This document shows positions 37,307 to 50,774 of a DNA stretch of 64,000 nt, piece by piece; position 1 is the stretch's first letter; each line of letters starts with the position of its first letter. The DNA is taken from NCBI GenBank assembly GCA_951406725.2, contig OX597823.1:48918001-48982000 (forward strand). The letters run 5' to 3'. The stretch is from Octopus vulgaris. Its lineage: Eukaryota. A model generated the notes under the pieces. The model had not been told where the DNA came from. It ran no database searches and saw nothing but the letters and a program-made list of their open reading frames with translations. The position numbers were made by a program, and so were the translations under genes.

Positions 37307-37794
37307 ACAATAAATGAAACGAAATACAAAGGTTATCATTGCTGGTTCACTGAAGACATAAAAGCAACTTAACCCAAATATGAAGTCTGAGCAATGCACA
37401 AAAATAATCATGGAAGGAAAATGAAATGCGTTTTTGAAAAAATGTAAATTTGATGGTCAAAATTCAATGTAGTTGATAGATATCAATTAGCTAGAAACCA
37501 AATTAATCTTCAAATTTATAATGTTTCTTCACTTACCAAAATAATTTGAAACAAAACTAGTGAGATTTGTTAAATGATACAAAAAAAAAATTAATGTTAG
37601 TATTTCATTATATGGAAATGGGAAAATTTCCAAATTGCACATCAATGAAAAAAATTTAGAATAATTTCACATTTTGCTATTTCAAATCCTAGTTTTGAGG
37701 ATATGCAAACTATTTGAGATTTCAGCATTATTGTTTATTGTTGGTTTGGTGCTGGTGCAGGGGCTACTTATTGTTATATCACACTTTGTAAAAT

Positions 37795-38045
37795 TATTGG
37801 TTTTAAATGTTTGGCAGCAGGCTCAGTAATTTTGAGAGAGGGGATAAGTCATTTACATTGACCCTAGTGACCAACTGGTGCTAATTTTATCAACTCTGAA
37901 AGGATGAAGGGCAAATTTAGCGGTTCGGCAAAAGAGAACAAAAGAATAAGTACTAGGCTTACAAAGAATAAGTCCTGGGGTCGATTTGCTTGACTAAAGA
38001 CAGTGCTCCAGCATGGCCACAATCAAATGACTGAAACAAGTAAAA

Positions 38046-38048
<3 letters not shown>
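37795..38048. mobile_element. SINE B fragment (-) joined to SINE A 3' tail (+)
   Basis: 37795-37915 reverse family B core; 37917-38048 family A tail. Confidence 0.7.
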
Positions 38049-38085
<37 letters not shown>

Positions 38086-38139
38086 TTATGTATCTGTATA
38101 TATATATACACATACATACATACATACATACATCTGCTG

Positions 38140-38360
38140 TGGAAGTGTTAAGACCAGTCTCTCTGGTGTAAAGTACTTGTAGTGGTGCCACATAAAAACA
38201 CCCAGCACACCCTGTAGAGTGGTTGGTATTAGGAAGGGCATCCAACCATAGAAACCATGCCAAATTAGACTAGAGATTGGTGCAGCTCCCCAGCTGGCCA
38301 GCTCTGGTCAAACTGTTCAACCCATGTCAGCACAGACAGCAGACGTTAAGTGATGATGAT
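38140..38360 (+). mobile_element. Family C
   Basis: GGTTGGTATTAGGAAGGGCATCCAACC...GACGTTAAGTGATGATGAT. Confidence 0.8.
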
Positions 38361-38559
38361 GGTGAAATGATGATGATATATAAAAACAAAATCATTCCGG
38401 ATAATGAGAACGATTACCGGTATGAGGGAAAAGCTGTTGGTGGGACTGTCTTGGAGAGGAACTTGGACAAAGGGTCCAGCTGTGCATATATACAAATCCA
38501 TGTGCGCAACATTTCCGAACTGTACCAGTGGGTCTTATTAAGAACATGATATCACCACT

Positions 38560-38910
38560 CATCTTGGTCCCTTATCAAATCCTCAGTGAGCTCCAAGGTC
38601 CTGAGATTGACCTTCAACACTTTGTCTCATATCTTCTTGGGTCTCCTTCTGCCAGTTCCATCCATGTTAAGTAATTAGCACTTCATTATCCAATCCTTCT
38701 CATCCATGCACATCGCATGACTATATTAATCCAGTCTTCTTTCTTGTACGCTACATCTGCCCTGTTTTTGCCTCAATGCACTTTTGCTATTTCGTTCATG
38801 TACACATACGTTGCACATCCAACAGAGCATGCTTGTTTCATTTCTTTTCTGTCTTCTCAAGTCCTCTACATTCAAATCCCATGTCTCAATACCATGCAGC
38901 ATATTGCAGT
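38560..38910 (-). mobile_element. RTE LINE 3' coding remnant
   Basis: Homologous to 49340-49600 and 60760-60870 (GRP..VDLRTL..TE). Confidence 0.6.
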
Positions 38911-39289
38911 TATACCATGATTGACAGCCATTCCTTGTTATGTTAGTAGGCTTGCATAGTTCAATGTTTCTGACAGTTATGCTGCTGGAAATTAAACCAT
39001 ATTAAAATTTGTAGATTTAAGAGATGTTAGTATTCACATTATGAAAATTAACTGAGGTTCTGATTACAAGATAAGAACAAGGAAGCCATTGAACCTGCAT
39101 GTGCTATTTGCTGCATTTGCTTTTTGTTTGTTTCATTAGAGTTTCAATTAAATTTCTGTTTGAACATTGATTTGTAGTTTTATTTAGTCAACACTGAGTG
39201 GGCCACAGATGATATAAAATATATTGTGAGCTGTGGCAAAAAGCAGGTGTGCATTACCAATCTAGAAAACAGATTAACAAGCTTATATA

Positions 39290-39511
39290 TACTCTTTACT
39301 CTCTTTTTACTCTTTTACTTGTTTCAGTCATTTGACTGCGGCCATGCTGGAGCACCGCCTTTAGTCGAGCAAATCGACCCCAGGACTTATTCCTTTGTAA
39401 GCCCAGTACTTATTCTATTGGTCTCTTTTGCCGAACTGCTAAGTGACGGGGATGTAAACACACCAGCATCGATTGTCAAGCAATGCTAGGGGGACAAACA
39501 CAGACACACAA

Positions 39512-39544
<33 letters not shown>

Positions 39545-39717
39545 CATACATATATACGACAGGATTCTTTCAGTTTCCGTCTACCAAATCCACTCTCAAG
39601 GCTTTGGTTGGCCCGAGGCTATAGTAGAAGACACTTGCCCAAGATGCCACGCAGTGGGACTGAACCCGGAACCATGTGGTTGGTAAGCAAGCTACTTACT
39701 ACACAGCCACTCCTGCA
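39290..39717 (-). mobile_element. SINE family A, full length, young
   Basis: CpG-retaining complete copy. Confidence 0.92.
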
Positions 39718-40084
39718 CCTTGACATATATATATGTCTCAAGCATATTTGAACAAATAACAAGTTTAAAACAATCTAGAATGTCTGTGTTTGAAGCATTA
39801 CTCTATGTGAGGGTGCACTTAAGCTTTATAAAGTGTCAGTTGTTGCTCAGAGTGTTGTTGTAAATCTCATGCCTACCTTTATTTTATCACAGCTGAAAGG
39901 TATTCCAACTAATTTTTTAGGCATAGTGTGCCCAGAGCTAATTAATGTGTTGTTGTACCTGTTCCTTTCTTTTTTAAAACAGCTGCTATTTCTAGCAGGT
40001 AGCATTCACATAAAGGCTCTCACATTCGCTCAGATCTGATGAAATTTCTGAAGAGAACACCTGAGCATTAGATGTATATTTAGT

Positions 40085-40475
40085 TTTTGCAAGGTTCCTG
40101 TTGTGAAATCATGTGTTGAAACAGGTATTGTTATATTTCAAGATGGTCACTTATTTTTTTTTTCTTGCTAAATAAACACATGCACTATATATTCTTTCTT
40201 CACTCCTTTATTATTGTTCTTATTTATTGTTCATTGACTGTAAATCTTTTGTCACACACCTGTGACCTCTTCAGTGACTCTTCAATCCCATCCCATGTGT
40301 CTCCTCTTCTTTTGTTTAATCCTTTCTGACAATGGATATAAGATAAAATAAGAATGAGTGAAGAACAAATGAATGAGTGAAGAATAAATATATAGTGTGT
40401 GTGTGTGTGTTTATTTGGCAAGAAAAAAATATGACCTTCCCAAAATATAACCATAGCTTTGTTATAATTATATGA
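40085..40475 (-). mobile_element. Fold-back element family H7
   Basis: Inverted arms ~40140-40240 / 40325-40445; CTGAAGA G GTCAC..GTGAC AAAA on minus strand; homologue at 54570-54945. Confidence 0.7.
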
Positions 40476-43400
40476 GAAACCATCAGAGAATTTGGTGCCA
40501 AGCATGTGCTGTAAGTTAAAGGCTTTAGTTCAGGGTATAATTCTGTAAGATTGTTTCCTTGGTTCATGTAGTGTTTGTGTTTTGGAGTTGTTAAATGAAA
40601 GCAGATAGTGAAGTACCTGTTTGAGGAACTTTAAGATATTCATTTCTAGGGGAATATTTCTGCTGTAATATGATTAGGTTGCATGGGAGATGATGTCCAT
40701 TTCAAAAGTTATTGTTGAGAATGTGTTAGAAGTAGCAGCAAATAGATTGGGGCATAAGAAACTAAGTCGCGCCTGCATTAAAGTAATGTTGGAATGATTT
40801 GAGAGGAAACTTCTAACTTCTAAGTTATATATATTTATCTTTAGATAAAATAAAATTTCTCAGCGAATCAAAAACACAAAAAACTATTATCGTCCTTTGT
40901 GAAATCTTTCAATTAAATTCTATTTCTTTATTTTACCATTAACTTCTTTAATTGATAAGTCAAAGATTTAAAGTTTACTCTAAGTTTCGAAATAACTTTC
41001 TGGGAGGGTCACCATAGTTTGGTAAGATCTGAATAAATCAACCCTATTCACCCGCGTTAAAAGTAAGTTTGGAGTTTTAATACTATTTAAACTTTTCAAA
41101 CACTGCAATATTCTGATTTAAACCAGAATATTTCAGAATTGGAAATTGATATAATTTAAGCTTTTCACTGAAAATTACAATTTATAATTTAAGATTTTCC
41201 TATTCACAATAAACATTTACCTGAAAGAATGAAAAATATTCTACATGAATTAGAAATAAATGACAGATAATCTCTTTAGAAGATTTAACAAAGGTGGCCA
41301 AACTTGTATAACCTGAAAGTTATGTTTATTAATTGTCTTTGAGCTGCTGCAGGAAAGATAAGTACACTATGTTTATTGTTATATACACATTCTGTTGTCA
41401 AAAATTACATATAAACATTATTAATACAGAAATACAATAGCATTTATGTGCTCAGGCATATTTTTAAAATTTATTTTTCTGTGAACCTTTTCTAATGATC
41501 ATAAGCAAATTTAGCAAATCCTATTTCAAATAATTGCACAAGAAGACTCAAAATGCCACACGTAGTAATGTGAAACAATTGTCCACTTACATTCCTTACT
41601 TGGAAGAGGCATCTTATGAACGATAAATTCTTCTAATTGAGAAATGTGTTCTAATCATTCAACAGATGTGAGTAAATTCTGTTTGGAAGAAGTGAAAGAA
41701 ACTGAAAGATTTTCTAATGTTTAACTTTCAAACAGAGGTGGTAAATTTTTCAATAGACTGAGGAGATAGAAAATTTTCTTTCTCATGAAGAGACCCAGCT
41801 ATAAAACAGGTAACGTGAGATTAGAAAATACTGTGTAAAGTAAACTGCATGAGTACGTACTTATAAGCTTAGGATGAAGTACACTGTCCATAATATGAGA
41901 TTATCTTTCTTTTTATCGTACACACATGCACACACTCATGTACACATATACAGGCAAGCATACACACACATTCATGCACACACACACACATACATATAAC
42001 TTTTATATGTAGTTTTTCTAAAGAATAAGTTTTGGTGTTACTGGCATTATCTGTGCATGTCCCATTGTACTTTCCTTTATCAATGCTAACATCAGTTTTT
42101 TACACAGGTACAAGATTTCTAATCTGTATATAAAATAAGAACTGACAAGATTATGTATTCTTTATGCCTTTTTCAAGGGTTTCAGTGGTGAAGCCATTTG
42201 TTTTAACCAAAGATTGAATTTAATTTGTAGACTCTGTTAATTATTAGCTTAAAGTTTTTGTTCTATATTTAAATAGTATTAGTCAATACTATTTTCATAT
42301 ATGTTGTGTAAAAATATGACTTATAAATCATGGCTTTTATGAAATTTTAATTCTTATTTAAGAAAGGATTTAATTCTTTATTTTTTTTTTTATTTTTTAT
42401 ATTTCTCAACATAATTAAAACTTGAATAATTATGGTCATGCTGGAGTTAGCTGGAAGGAGTCTAATACACTGATTAAAATGTGAATGAAACTAATTTTCA
42501 TTGCCTTTCTTAATCCCATTCATTTAAATTCTCATATTTCTTCAATATTTATTCACTTTGTTACAATATTTAGTTCTCTAGTTTCCTGTAAATTGATGAG
42601 TTGATAGAGATTATGAATTTTAAAAAATCTTGAAAAGGTTTGGTTTTCAATTTGAATTTACTTGTTTTGTTGAGCAAATTCATTTTAGAAATTAATTTGT
42701 AAATTCTAATTTTAAAAATTCAATTTTGTATTTTTAAACTGTAAAGTTATGAAATGAAAATTAAAACACACACATACATGTACACACATGTACACACACA
42801 CAAATGCATGCATGCACACACACACACACACATACATGCACACACACACATGCATGCACACACACGCACACACACACACAAACACCAATTTATTTTTAAA
42901 ATATTGATAAAATTATAGCTGGATGTAGAACTGAGTGTAAGAAATAAATGCAAATATCTCTTAAGATTTTGTTTTTGTATGTTATGTTAGAATATATTTA
43001 TGTGTAGAGTTGTTATTTATATGTGTAAAATAAAGATCGGTATGATTCAATTAAACAAAGAACTTGATTAGATTGCTTTCACAATATCTAACAAAATAAG
43101 TTTAGATTAAACAAAAGAGCCTCCAAGAATGAACTTAAAAAGGGTGAAGAAATAATTAAATAGAAGTCACTAAACAATAAACAATTTTGTTTCAAGGTAG
43201 GAGAAAGAAAACTAGTGAAATGCAAATGTGAAATGTGTTTGAATAAAACAAAGTGCAGACAGGAAGTTAAAACACAAATGTTATGGTTGCTAGAAGCTAG
43301 TGTACTTTGTTGGGTGAGGAACATATTAAATTCAGCAATAAGAAAAATATGACATCAATTTAATATTATATTATGATGCCTCTAGGTAAATATTGTTGAG

Positions 43401-45432
43401 AAGATATGATCTCCACAAACCAACTCCATTTTCTAGATTTGATTTCCATTAGAGCCATTTCATTTAGACTGCATTACAAATGCTCAGAGAAAGGCATAAA
43501 GGCCACAACCTGCTATTTCCAACTTCCTTGAAATATTAGGTTTTCATTTCTATGTAAGAAAAAATTACAATGATAATAGCCAAAATGTTCTGTCCTCTTT
43601 GTAATTTTTTTCTGACATTTCCAATAAAAGAAAAATGAATAAATAACTGATTGATAAATTGCTGCTCAAACAAAACTGGAAAAACATAATATGATAAATT
43701 AAAAGAAGAGAAAAGTTTTATTTTCTTCAGTTCTTCTGGATATTAGTTCTGATTGGTTACATATATACATATATTTGCTGACATTTAAATAATACCCAAA
43801 ACACTAAACACTGCGTGTGAGGTGAAAACAGAATAAAGATGATAAATTTAAATACACAGTTCAATCTACATATTATATGACAACATAGAATGTTTTCTCA
43901 ACCTTTAAGAATTTCATTACAAAAGATCATCATTATGCATCATCATCATCGTCAATAACAACAACGACTACAATAACAACATCGTTTGTGTTGTCAACAG
44001 CAAAGGTAGTAATTTTATCTTCCTATTTCGAAAATGTTTTAAACAACTTCTCTTGTATTCTTTAAATTATTTCTATATTTTGGTGAAGACATAATTTCAT
44101 AGGGAAGTTTGATGAGATTATTGTAGAAATTGTATATGATTTTTTTTGAGTCACATGTCCTCAATCATTTACAGCACATTTCTAAAGTCTTTTCCATCTG
44201 ACAAACAACTCTATACTGAACAGACCAAAGTAGCAACTCAGCTGGTCAAGAGACATTTTGTTGAGATTTATCTTTTGTAAAGTGGATGACTTTGAAGTTG
44301 GGGTACAGAGGCTGTGATTTTTCCAGCTTAGAAATCACACCACGATTACAACCATTATGGTTATGTGTTCTTAAAAGTAAGGCTAGCAAGAGCCATCTCT
44401 TAGCTCTTGCTAAGCTGCCTTTTCAATGTGGATGTTGTCAAGTGTAGAAATGTACTCTACATAATTTGAGTACATGTGAATCATAGAAGGTGTACAATTT
44501 CTATGATTATCACATTATTCTTCCCCATGGTGATGACAGTTGGTCTAAGCAAAATAAGTAGTTTACTGAAGTTTTAATTTTTACTGTGATAGTTGCAAAT
44601 CTTTGCAGTAACATCAGCTGGGCTATAGAAGGAATGAATAATTTAAACAGTTTCACTGTATACTTAACTAGAAGCAAAATGAATTAATTTAAAGTAACTA
44701 AATGTACTAGTTTAACCTTAACTATGAACAAGAAACAGAAGAAACTGAAGAATACCTTAGTTTATAAACCAATAATTGGAAATAAGGAAATAAAAGCAAT
44801 CATATATGGTATTGTCTAGAATTTCTATGTCAATCCTTTTGGGAATTATAATTCAATATATGCAAATAATTAGATATGTCTAACTGCCTTCAAGTAAGAG
44901 GTTCAGCTAAACGGTGAAACTAATATTTGTAAGTCATGTTCTTCACATAAAAACTGTAACACTAGTCTATAAGATGTGCATAAATGCATTAAATTCTTTC
45001 TAAACCTTTATTTGAAACAATTATATAACATTTTTGTTTCATACATAAATAGAGGTTTTTTAAAAAATTTTCTTTTTCTTTTCAGCTTGATGCATTTAAG
45101 CAGGTGGCTGCTATGTACAGAGAATAAAGTAGGAGCTACAGCAAATTTTGTTCAGTAGATTAAAAGCATGCAGGCTATGTGAATTGCTTTTTAAGATCAA
45201 CAAATAGCTAAAGGCAAAGTTTGGCCAAGTAATTTACGATCAGTTATCCACCAATTAACCTCCCCATCATCACTGATAGAATCTCAATTTCAATTTTGTT
45301 TATTTGAATTTTCTACCTGCTGGTTTTGAAGTGCTTCTTTGAAGATAGTCAGGAGTGAAACAGTATTTAGCAGTTTTGTTTAGATGGCAAAACATCAATA
45401 AAAATAGATGTTACTTAGCATTTAGATATATA

Positions 45433-46711
45433 CAGGGTGCGGTGAATAAATTGTCGTCTAAATTACGCAAAAATGAAAATAATACTGAGATTTCATTTTA
45501 ACAGGCATATTTACCAAAATTACATAAAAATATCTTGAAATACTAAAGAGTAAATTCATTTAATAAAATTGCCATTGGCTCCAACCACAGCATCCAAACA
45601 ACTTCAGAATTTCCTGCAACTCTTCTGGACGGTCTCTTTGTTTAAGTTGGTGAATGCTGCCATAGTCGTTGCCTTCAGTTCATCTTTGGTGTTTTAAGGA
45701 ATTTTGTTGGTCTCTCATTCAATTGTGCCTCACAAATAATAATCAGGAGGGTTACAGTCTGGGGAGTTAGGTGGCTAGATGTTAGGTGTGATGTGGTCGC
45801 AGAAATTGTCTGAGAGCCATGACTGGATTTTCATGCTTGTGTGACATGGTGTAGAGTTCAGTCATAGGAGCTTCAAGCAACCACTCTCTTGACCCAGTAG
45901 CTCCTCCAGGCACTTGACATAGGCCTCCGTGTTGAGTCTGAGGCCGTGGGGGAAGATGAATGAAGGCATAACATTGCCGTCACTAATGATTACTCCAAAC
46001 ACTATGATGTTGCTTGGATGTTTGATGTTCATCATTCTCAGTACATGTTTTGAGGACACAGCAAGCCAACGGTTGTCCTGCATATTCACCATCTGATCCT
46101 GGCAGAAATTTTTCTTGTCTGAGAAAAACCAAAGCATGTTTGGTTGGAGGGGATGCTTAAGTTTGCTCAAAAGCTTTGTAGTGCAGTCTTTCCTCTTGTT
46201 CTTGATAGCTTGGGATAAAAATTGGCCCTTTCTCATCTTGTATGAGGAATACCAAATGTCTTCAGGCACTACCTGCCTGATAAGAAACTCAGACACACCC
46301 ATATCCCTGGTGATGGACTTGGTTGACTTGGAGCGATGGTTGCCAATCACGGCCTGGATCTCACCAACAAATTCAGGATTTCTTTTCTCATCAGAATGAC
46401 CAGAGTGAGATTTTTGCAAGCAGCCATACCTTCATAATCACCATTAGACACATCCAACTCTTTCCGAATCCTCTGCACTGTCCTCAGATTGACACCCAAA
46501 CACTTAGAAATGCTTGTATTGGTGTTTCTGGCATGAATGCCAAACAGTGCAGCATGATGTTTCCAAATCTCTGGCAGAGTGATTTGCATTTTCTCACAGA
46601 TGGTGCCCAACTGACCCAACTATACTGTGTAGCTGGCAAAATCAAAAACAAACAATGGACATGCATGAATTTAAGAATATAAAATATTGACAATTTACCC
46701 ATCGCACTCTG
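45433..46711 (-). mobile_element. Full-length decayed maT (DD37D)-like Tc1/mariner transposon
   Basis: TIRs CAGGGTGCGGTGAATAAATTGTC / GACAATTTACCCATCGCACTCTG, TA flanks; WFFSDKKNF, KHPSNIIVFGVI, PPNSPDCNPPDYYL. Confidence 0.92.
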
Positions 46712-46719
46712 TAAGCATA

Positions 46720-47120
46720 TATCATCATCATCATCATCATTTAATGTCCGTTTTCCAAGCTGGCATGGGTTGGATGGTTTAACTGAGGACTAGCAAGCCA
46801 GGAGACTGCACAAGGCTCCAGTCTGATCTGGTAAGATTTCTACAGCTGGATGCTCTTCCTAACGCCAACCACTTTGAGAGCAAGGTGGGTGCTTTTTACA
46901 TGCCACCGGCATGGGGGCCAGTCAGGCAGCACTGGCACTGACCACACTGAAATGGTGCCTTTTACATGCCATCGGCATGGGTACCAGTCAGGTGGCACAG
47001 GCATGGGCCACCACTACAATTTCACTTGACTCAACAGGCCTCTTCAAGCACAGCATATTGCCCGACGACTGAAGGGTACTTTTAAACGAGCCAGTTATGT
47101 AACACTGGCATTGGCCACAA
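46720..47120 (-). mobile_element. Family C, long copy with internal duplicated unit
   Basis: (CAT)n start; GGTGCTTTTTACATGCCACCGGCATGGG..CCAGTCAGG repeated. Confidence 0.8.
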
Positions 47121-47187
47121 TCTTACACACACACAGACACTAACACACATACATTATGCATCATCATCATCGTCAATAACAACAACG

Positions 47188-47434
47188 CGGTCGTAGACCG
47201 GGCGTTGTGAGTGTTTATTGAGCGAAAACACCTGAAGCTCCACAAGGCTCCTGCAGGGGGTGGTGGTGGTCTCTGCTGTACTCTTTCGCCACAACTTTCT
47301 CTCACTCTTTCTTCTGTAGGCCTGCTCGCTTAGCCAGCGGGGTGGCGTCATTTGAAGGCTAAAACAATGCGAAGCACATTGTGACCAGCGATGTGTAGCA
47401 ACATCTGATAGCCAGGTCAGTCACGGTGATCACT

Positions 47435-47438
<4 letters not shown>
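47188..47438 (+). mobile_element. Young GC/CpG-rich retroelement 3' portion ending in (TA)n (SINE-like)
   Basis: CpG-rich insert with terminal CACGGTGAT/CACTGTGAT repeats; single copy in window. Confidence 0.55.
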
Positions 47439-47484
<46 letters not shown>

Positions 47485-48371
47485 TTTATATACATACATA
47501 TATATACATATATAATCATCATCATCATGATAACTGTCATCATCTTTACTTTAACATCTACTTTTCTATACTTGCATGTTTCCAAAGAAGACTGAGAATG
47601 AATGATACTGCTTGTATGAGAGGAACAACTATTTTTGACTATTGCATAGTGTCAAGACAAGAAGACACAACTAATCTTACAAACCTGCTTACACACACAC
47701 ACACACACACACACACCATACACACATGTAAGGCATTGCCAGTGAGCTCATAAAAGATGAACTGATCGCAAGGACCTTTACTGCACACTAGTTATTGAAC
47801 TAGTCAGCAGAAAAAAAAAGTCACTTCTGATGAGGTGGATTATAAAGCTTGGGCTTTAAGGGTGAATCACTCCTCACATTTGTAAATGTTTGACATACAA
47901 TAAATAACATTTCAACAAACTGCTGTCTGTTGTTATTTTACAAATAGCTTAATTATAGCCACACACACACACACATGCATAGTGTACAAGGTGGCTTATA
48001 ATCCAAGATCTATTTCTGTAATGGAAATGCATGTGGATATTTTATGTAAAATGAGAAAATCATAATTTATAAGTCGAGATTCCTGGTGAATTGTAATATT
48101 TGCAGAGTAAGTATGTAATGCAAACAAAGACTGGAATACATAGTACCATTCTAATTCTTTGTTACATGAGTTTCATTCCAAGATGGGAAATAAATACTAT
48201 GCATATAAATATTAATATTTATAACAATATAAATAAAATAAATTCATAATAGAAATATATGCACATGTATAAACATATAGGACATCTACCTATAAATCTT
48301 CAGACAAAGATTTCAAACAATCCAGTCTTTGTTTCATTATCTGTGTTTTCATGTATGTATGTGTGTGTCGT

Positions 48372-48725
48372 TATCATCATCATCATCATCAGCATCATCA
48401 TCATCATCATCATCCTTGTTTATAATGTCCATCTTCTATGCATGCATGGGTAGGATGGTTGACAGGAGCTGGCCAGGTAGAAAATCTACCCAAGAGTACT
48501 GTGTCTGTTTTGGCAGTGATTTTAGGGCTGGATGCCCTTCCTAACACCAACCACTCTGCAGAGTGGACTCAGTGCATTTTACGAGACACTAGCATGTGCA
48601 AAGTTAGTTTGGTAAGATTTTTACAGCTGGTTGCCCTTCCAGATGCCAACCATGTTACAGTGTGGACTGGATGCTTTTAATGTGACACCAGTACTGGCAG
48701 GATAACCAAGTAACTCACAAGACAA
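48372..48725 (-). mobile_element. Family C, diverged, duplicated core
   Basis: GCTGGATGCCCTTCCTAACACCAACCA-like motif twice. Confidence 0.75.
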
Positions 48726-49339
48726 GGAATTATAAGAGGGGCAGGCCATTTGTGTGAGAGGATGAAAGTTAGAGTGTGATAAAGAGACTGAGAGACGGAA
48801 GCACGTGTCGTACTACAACAGAGGGGCATTAGAGGAGGTGATCCAGTATCAAATGATGAAAGGTTAGAATGTAACAGAGAAATAGGGAAGCAGAAATAGG
48901 TGTCTTGCTATAGAGAAGGTACATGAGAGAGAGAGAGAGAGAGGGGGGAGAATGAGTAAGAGGTGCAGAGTGAGGCCAGAAACAAGTGTGCTGATGTAAA
49001 GATGATACTTGGTTACCTAGTCAGAGGAAGAATAAGAGAAGGAGAGAGAGAGAGTGACGAAAGGGAAAGAGGGAGAGTGACTAAGGGAAAGAAAGAGAGA
49101 GAGAGAGTAGGAAACAGCAAAAGTTTAAGACAGAGCAGAAGGGAGATGGTATGGTGCTAGGGTATACTCACCAGTAACAAGAATATGAGCGTAGAACCTG
49201 GTTAGAAAAATAGGGAGTAGGTGTGGGTGGTAGGGTGTGTGGGGAGCAATGATACAGTAAGCATGGCAGTATGGGCAAGAAAAGGGATTGGAAAACAATC
49301 ATAATGTATGAGAAGAAAATGTGAGGAAGAGAAAGATGC

Positions 49340-49930
49340 AGCATCCTAAGATCAGTTCTCACCACTTCATTCCATGTCCTCCTGGGTCTCCCTCTTTCAC
49401 AGGTACCATCTACTTTCAGCAATAGGCACTTCTGTATACAGCTGTCTTAACTCATATGCATCACATGTCCAAACCAATGCAGTCTCCTCTCCCGGATACT
49501 ATATTTGATTCCTCTTATGCCTAACTTTTCTCTCAACACAGCTGTGCTTCGTAGGTCATGTACACTTATGTTGCAAATCTAATGGAGCATACTACCTGCA
49601 TTCCTCTCCAGCCTACCATGTAATATAACTCACACAAGCATCATACAACCTACCTTTCACTCTGGGAGAGAGTCCTTTTTGCTGCCAAAAGAGACAGTAA
49701 TTCTCTGAACCTTCTCCACCCTATTCTTATTCTAGAAACAATACTTTCAGAGCATCCACCACTATTACTAATTTGGTCATCTAAATGGCAGAAACTGTCT
49801 ACTACCTTAAAAGAGCCACCTGGGCATTTGAGAGAGTTTAAGTCCCTCATGCTCTTAACACTTACTGTTCCTGTGTATCTGCCACACACGAAAGCAACCT
49901 TATCTGATAATCTTCCCATGATTCCACCGC
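49340..49930 (-). mobile_element. RTE-clade LINE fragment
   Basis: VVDSFCHLDDQI..RIRIGWRRFRELL; LHWFGHVM; GTCERGRPRRTWNEVVRTDLR. Confidence 0.85.
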
Positions 49931-50233
49931 ATACATAAGATGTGTGTGAGTATGTGTTTGTGTACATGTATATGTGTCTGTGTATACTCTTGTCTTGATA
50001 TCACAAGGTGGCTGCAAATGAGCATCACCATCATATAAGAGAGGTTATTCATTTCCAGTTTTCTGTGAAAATGTTCCTGTCCATAAGGAAAAAATTACTT
50101 TGCATGGAAACAGGTGAAAGTTGGCAACAAGATGGGCATTCAGCCATAAAAATCTGTCTCAAAGAATTCTGTTTGACCAATGGAAGCATGGAAAATGGAT
50201 GTTAAAATGATGATTCCAAACATGTGTGTATAT

Positions 50234-50438
50234 GTGACCACGTGTGTATCGTTGGCTATTTTCTCCCTCCGTCTTACTTTCCTTGGACCTTTTCTTTTTC
50301 TATGTTTCTGATGAAGAGCTCCGTTTGAAATGTTAAATCCTCCTTCTTTCTTTCCTTTCCTGAGCATCCAACAACACTATACTTGTTCCACGTCCTCGTG
50401 TTGTTGTGTTTTCTCTTTGTTCATGTTTGGATTAACTA
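50234..50438 (+). mobile_element. HHR-bearing element family H1 (second copy)
   Basis: TGTTT CTGATGA A GAGC-TCC-GTTT GAAA TGTT AAA at 50303-50337; ends in (TA)n. Confidence 0.7.
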
Positions 50439-50460
50439 TATGTATATATATATATATATA

Positions 50461-50774
50461 ACTAATGTAGGATAAAATTTTTTGGGGAAAAATTTTTTAT
50501 CAATGGCCAGCATATCAAAAAATACCTTTAAAGGTTAAATTTATAAATAATTTACAAAATAAGGGCAAAAGAAAAATTCTAATGCCAAATATGCCGAAAA
50601 TAAGACAAAATTGTCAATAATCATTATAATTTATGCATCTCGAAACGAACCGATAGAAATTTCTAAAAAATCCGTTATTACCGTATTGGTCCCAATTTCA
50701 GGGTTAATTCATAAGAATTTTCCACTCTTCAGCGATAAATACGTGAGATATAAGTGAAATACTTACTCATACCC

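Noticed and set aside
38395-38550. Possible R4/Dong-type restriction-like endonuclease tail
   Set aside because: Similarity too faint to support by eye
47826-47885. CTGATGAGG...CCTCA hairpin as possible hammerhead
   Set aside because: No GAAA or NUH arrangement follows stem II
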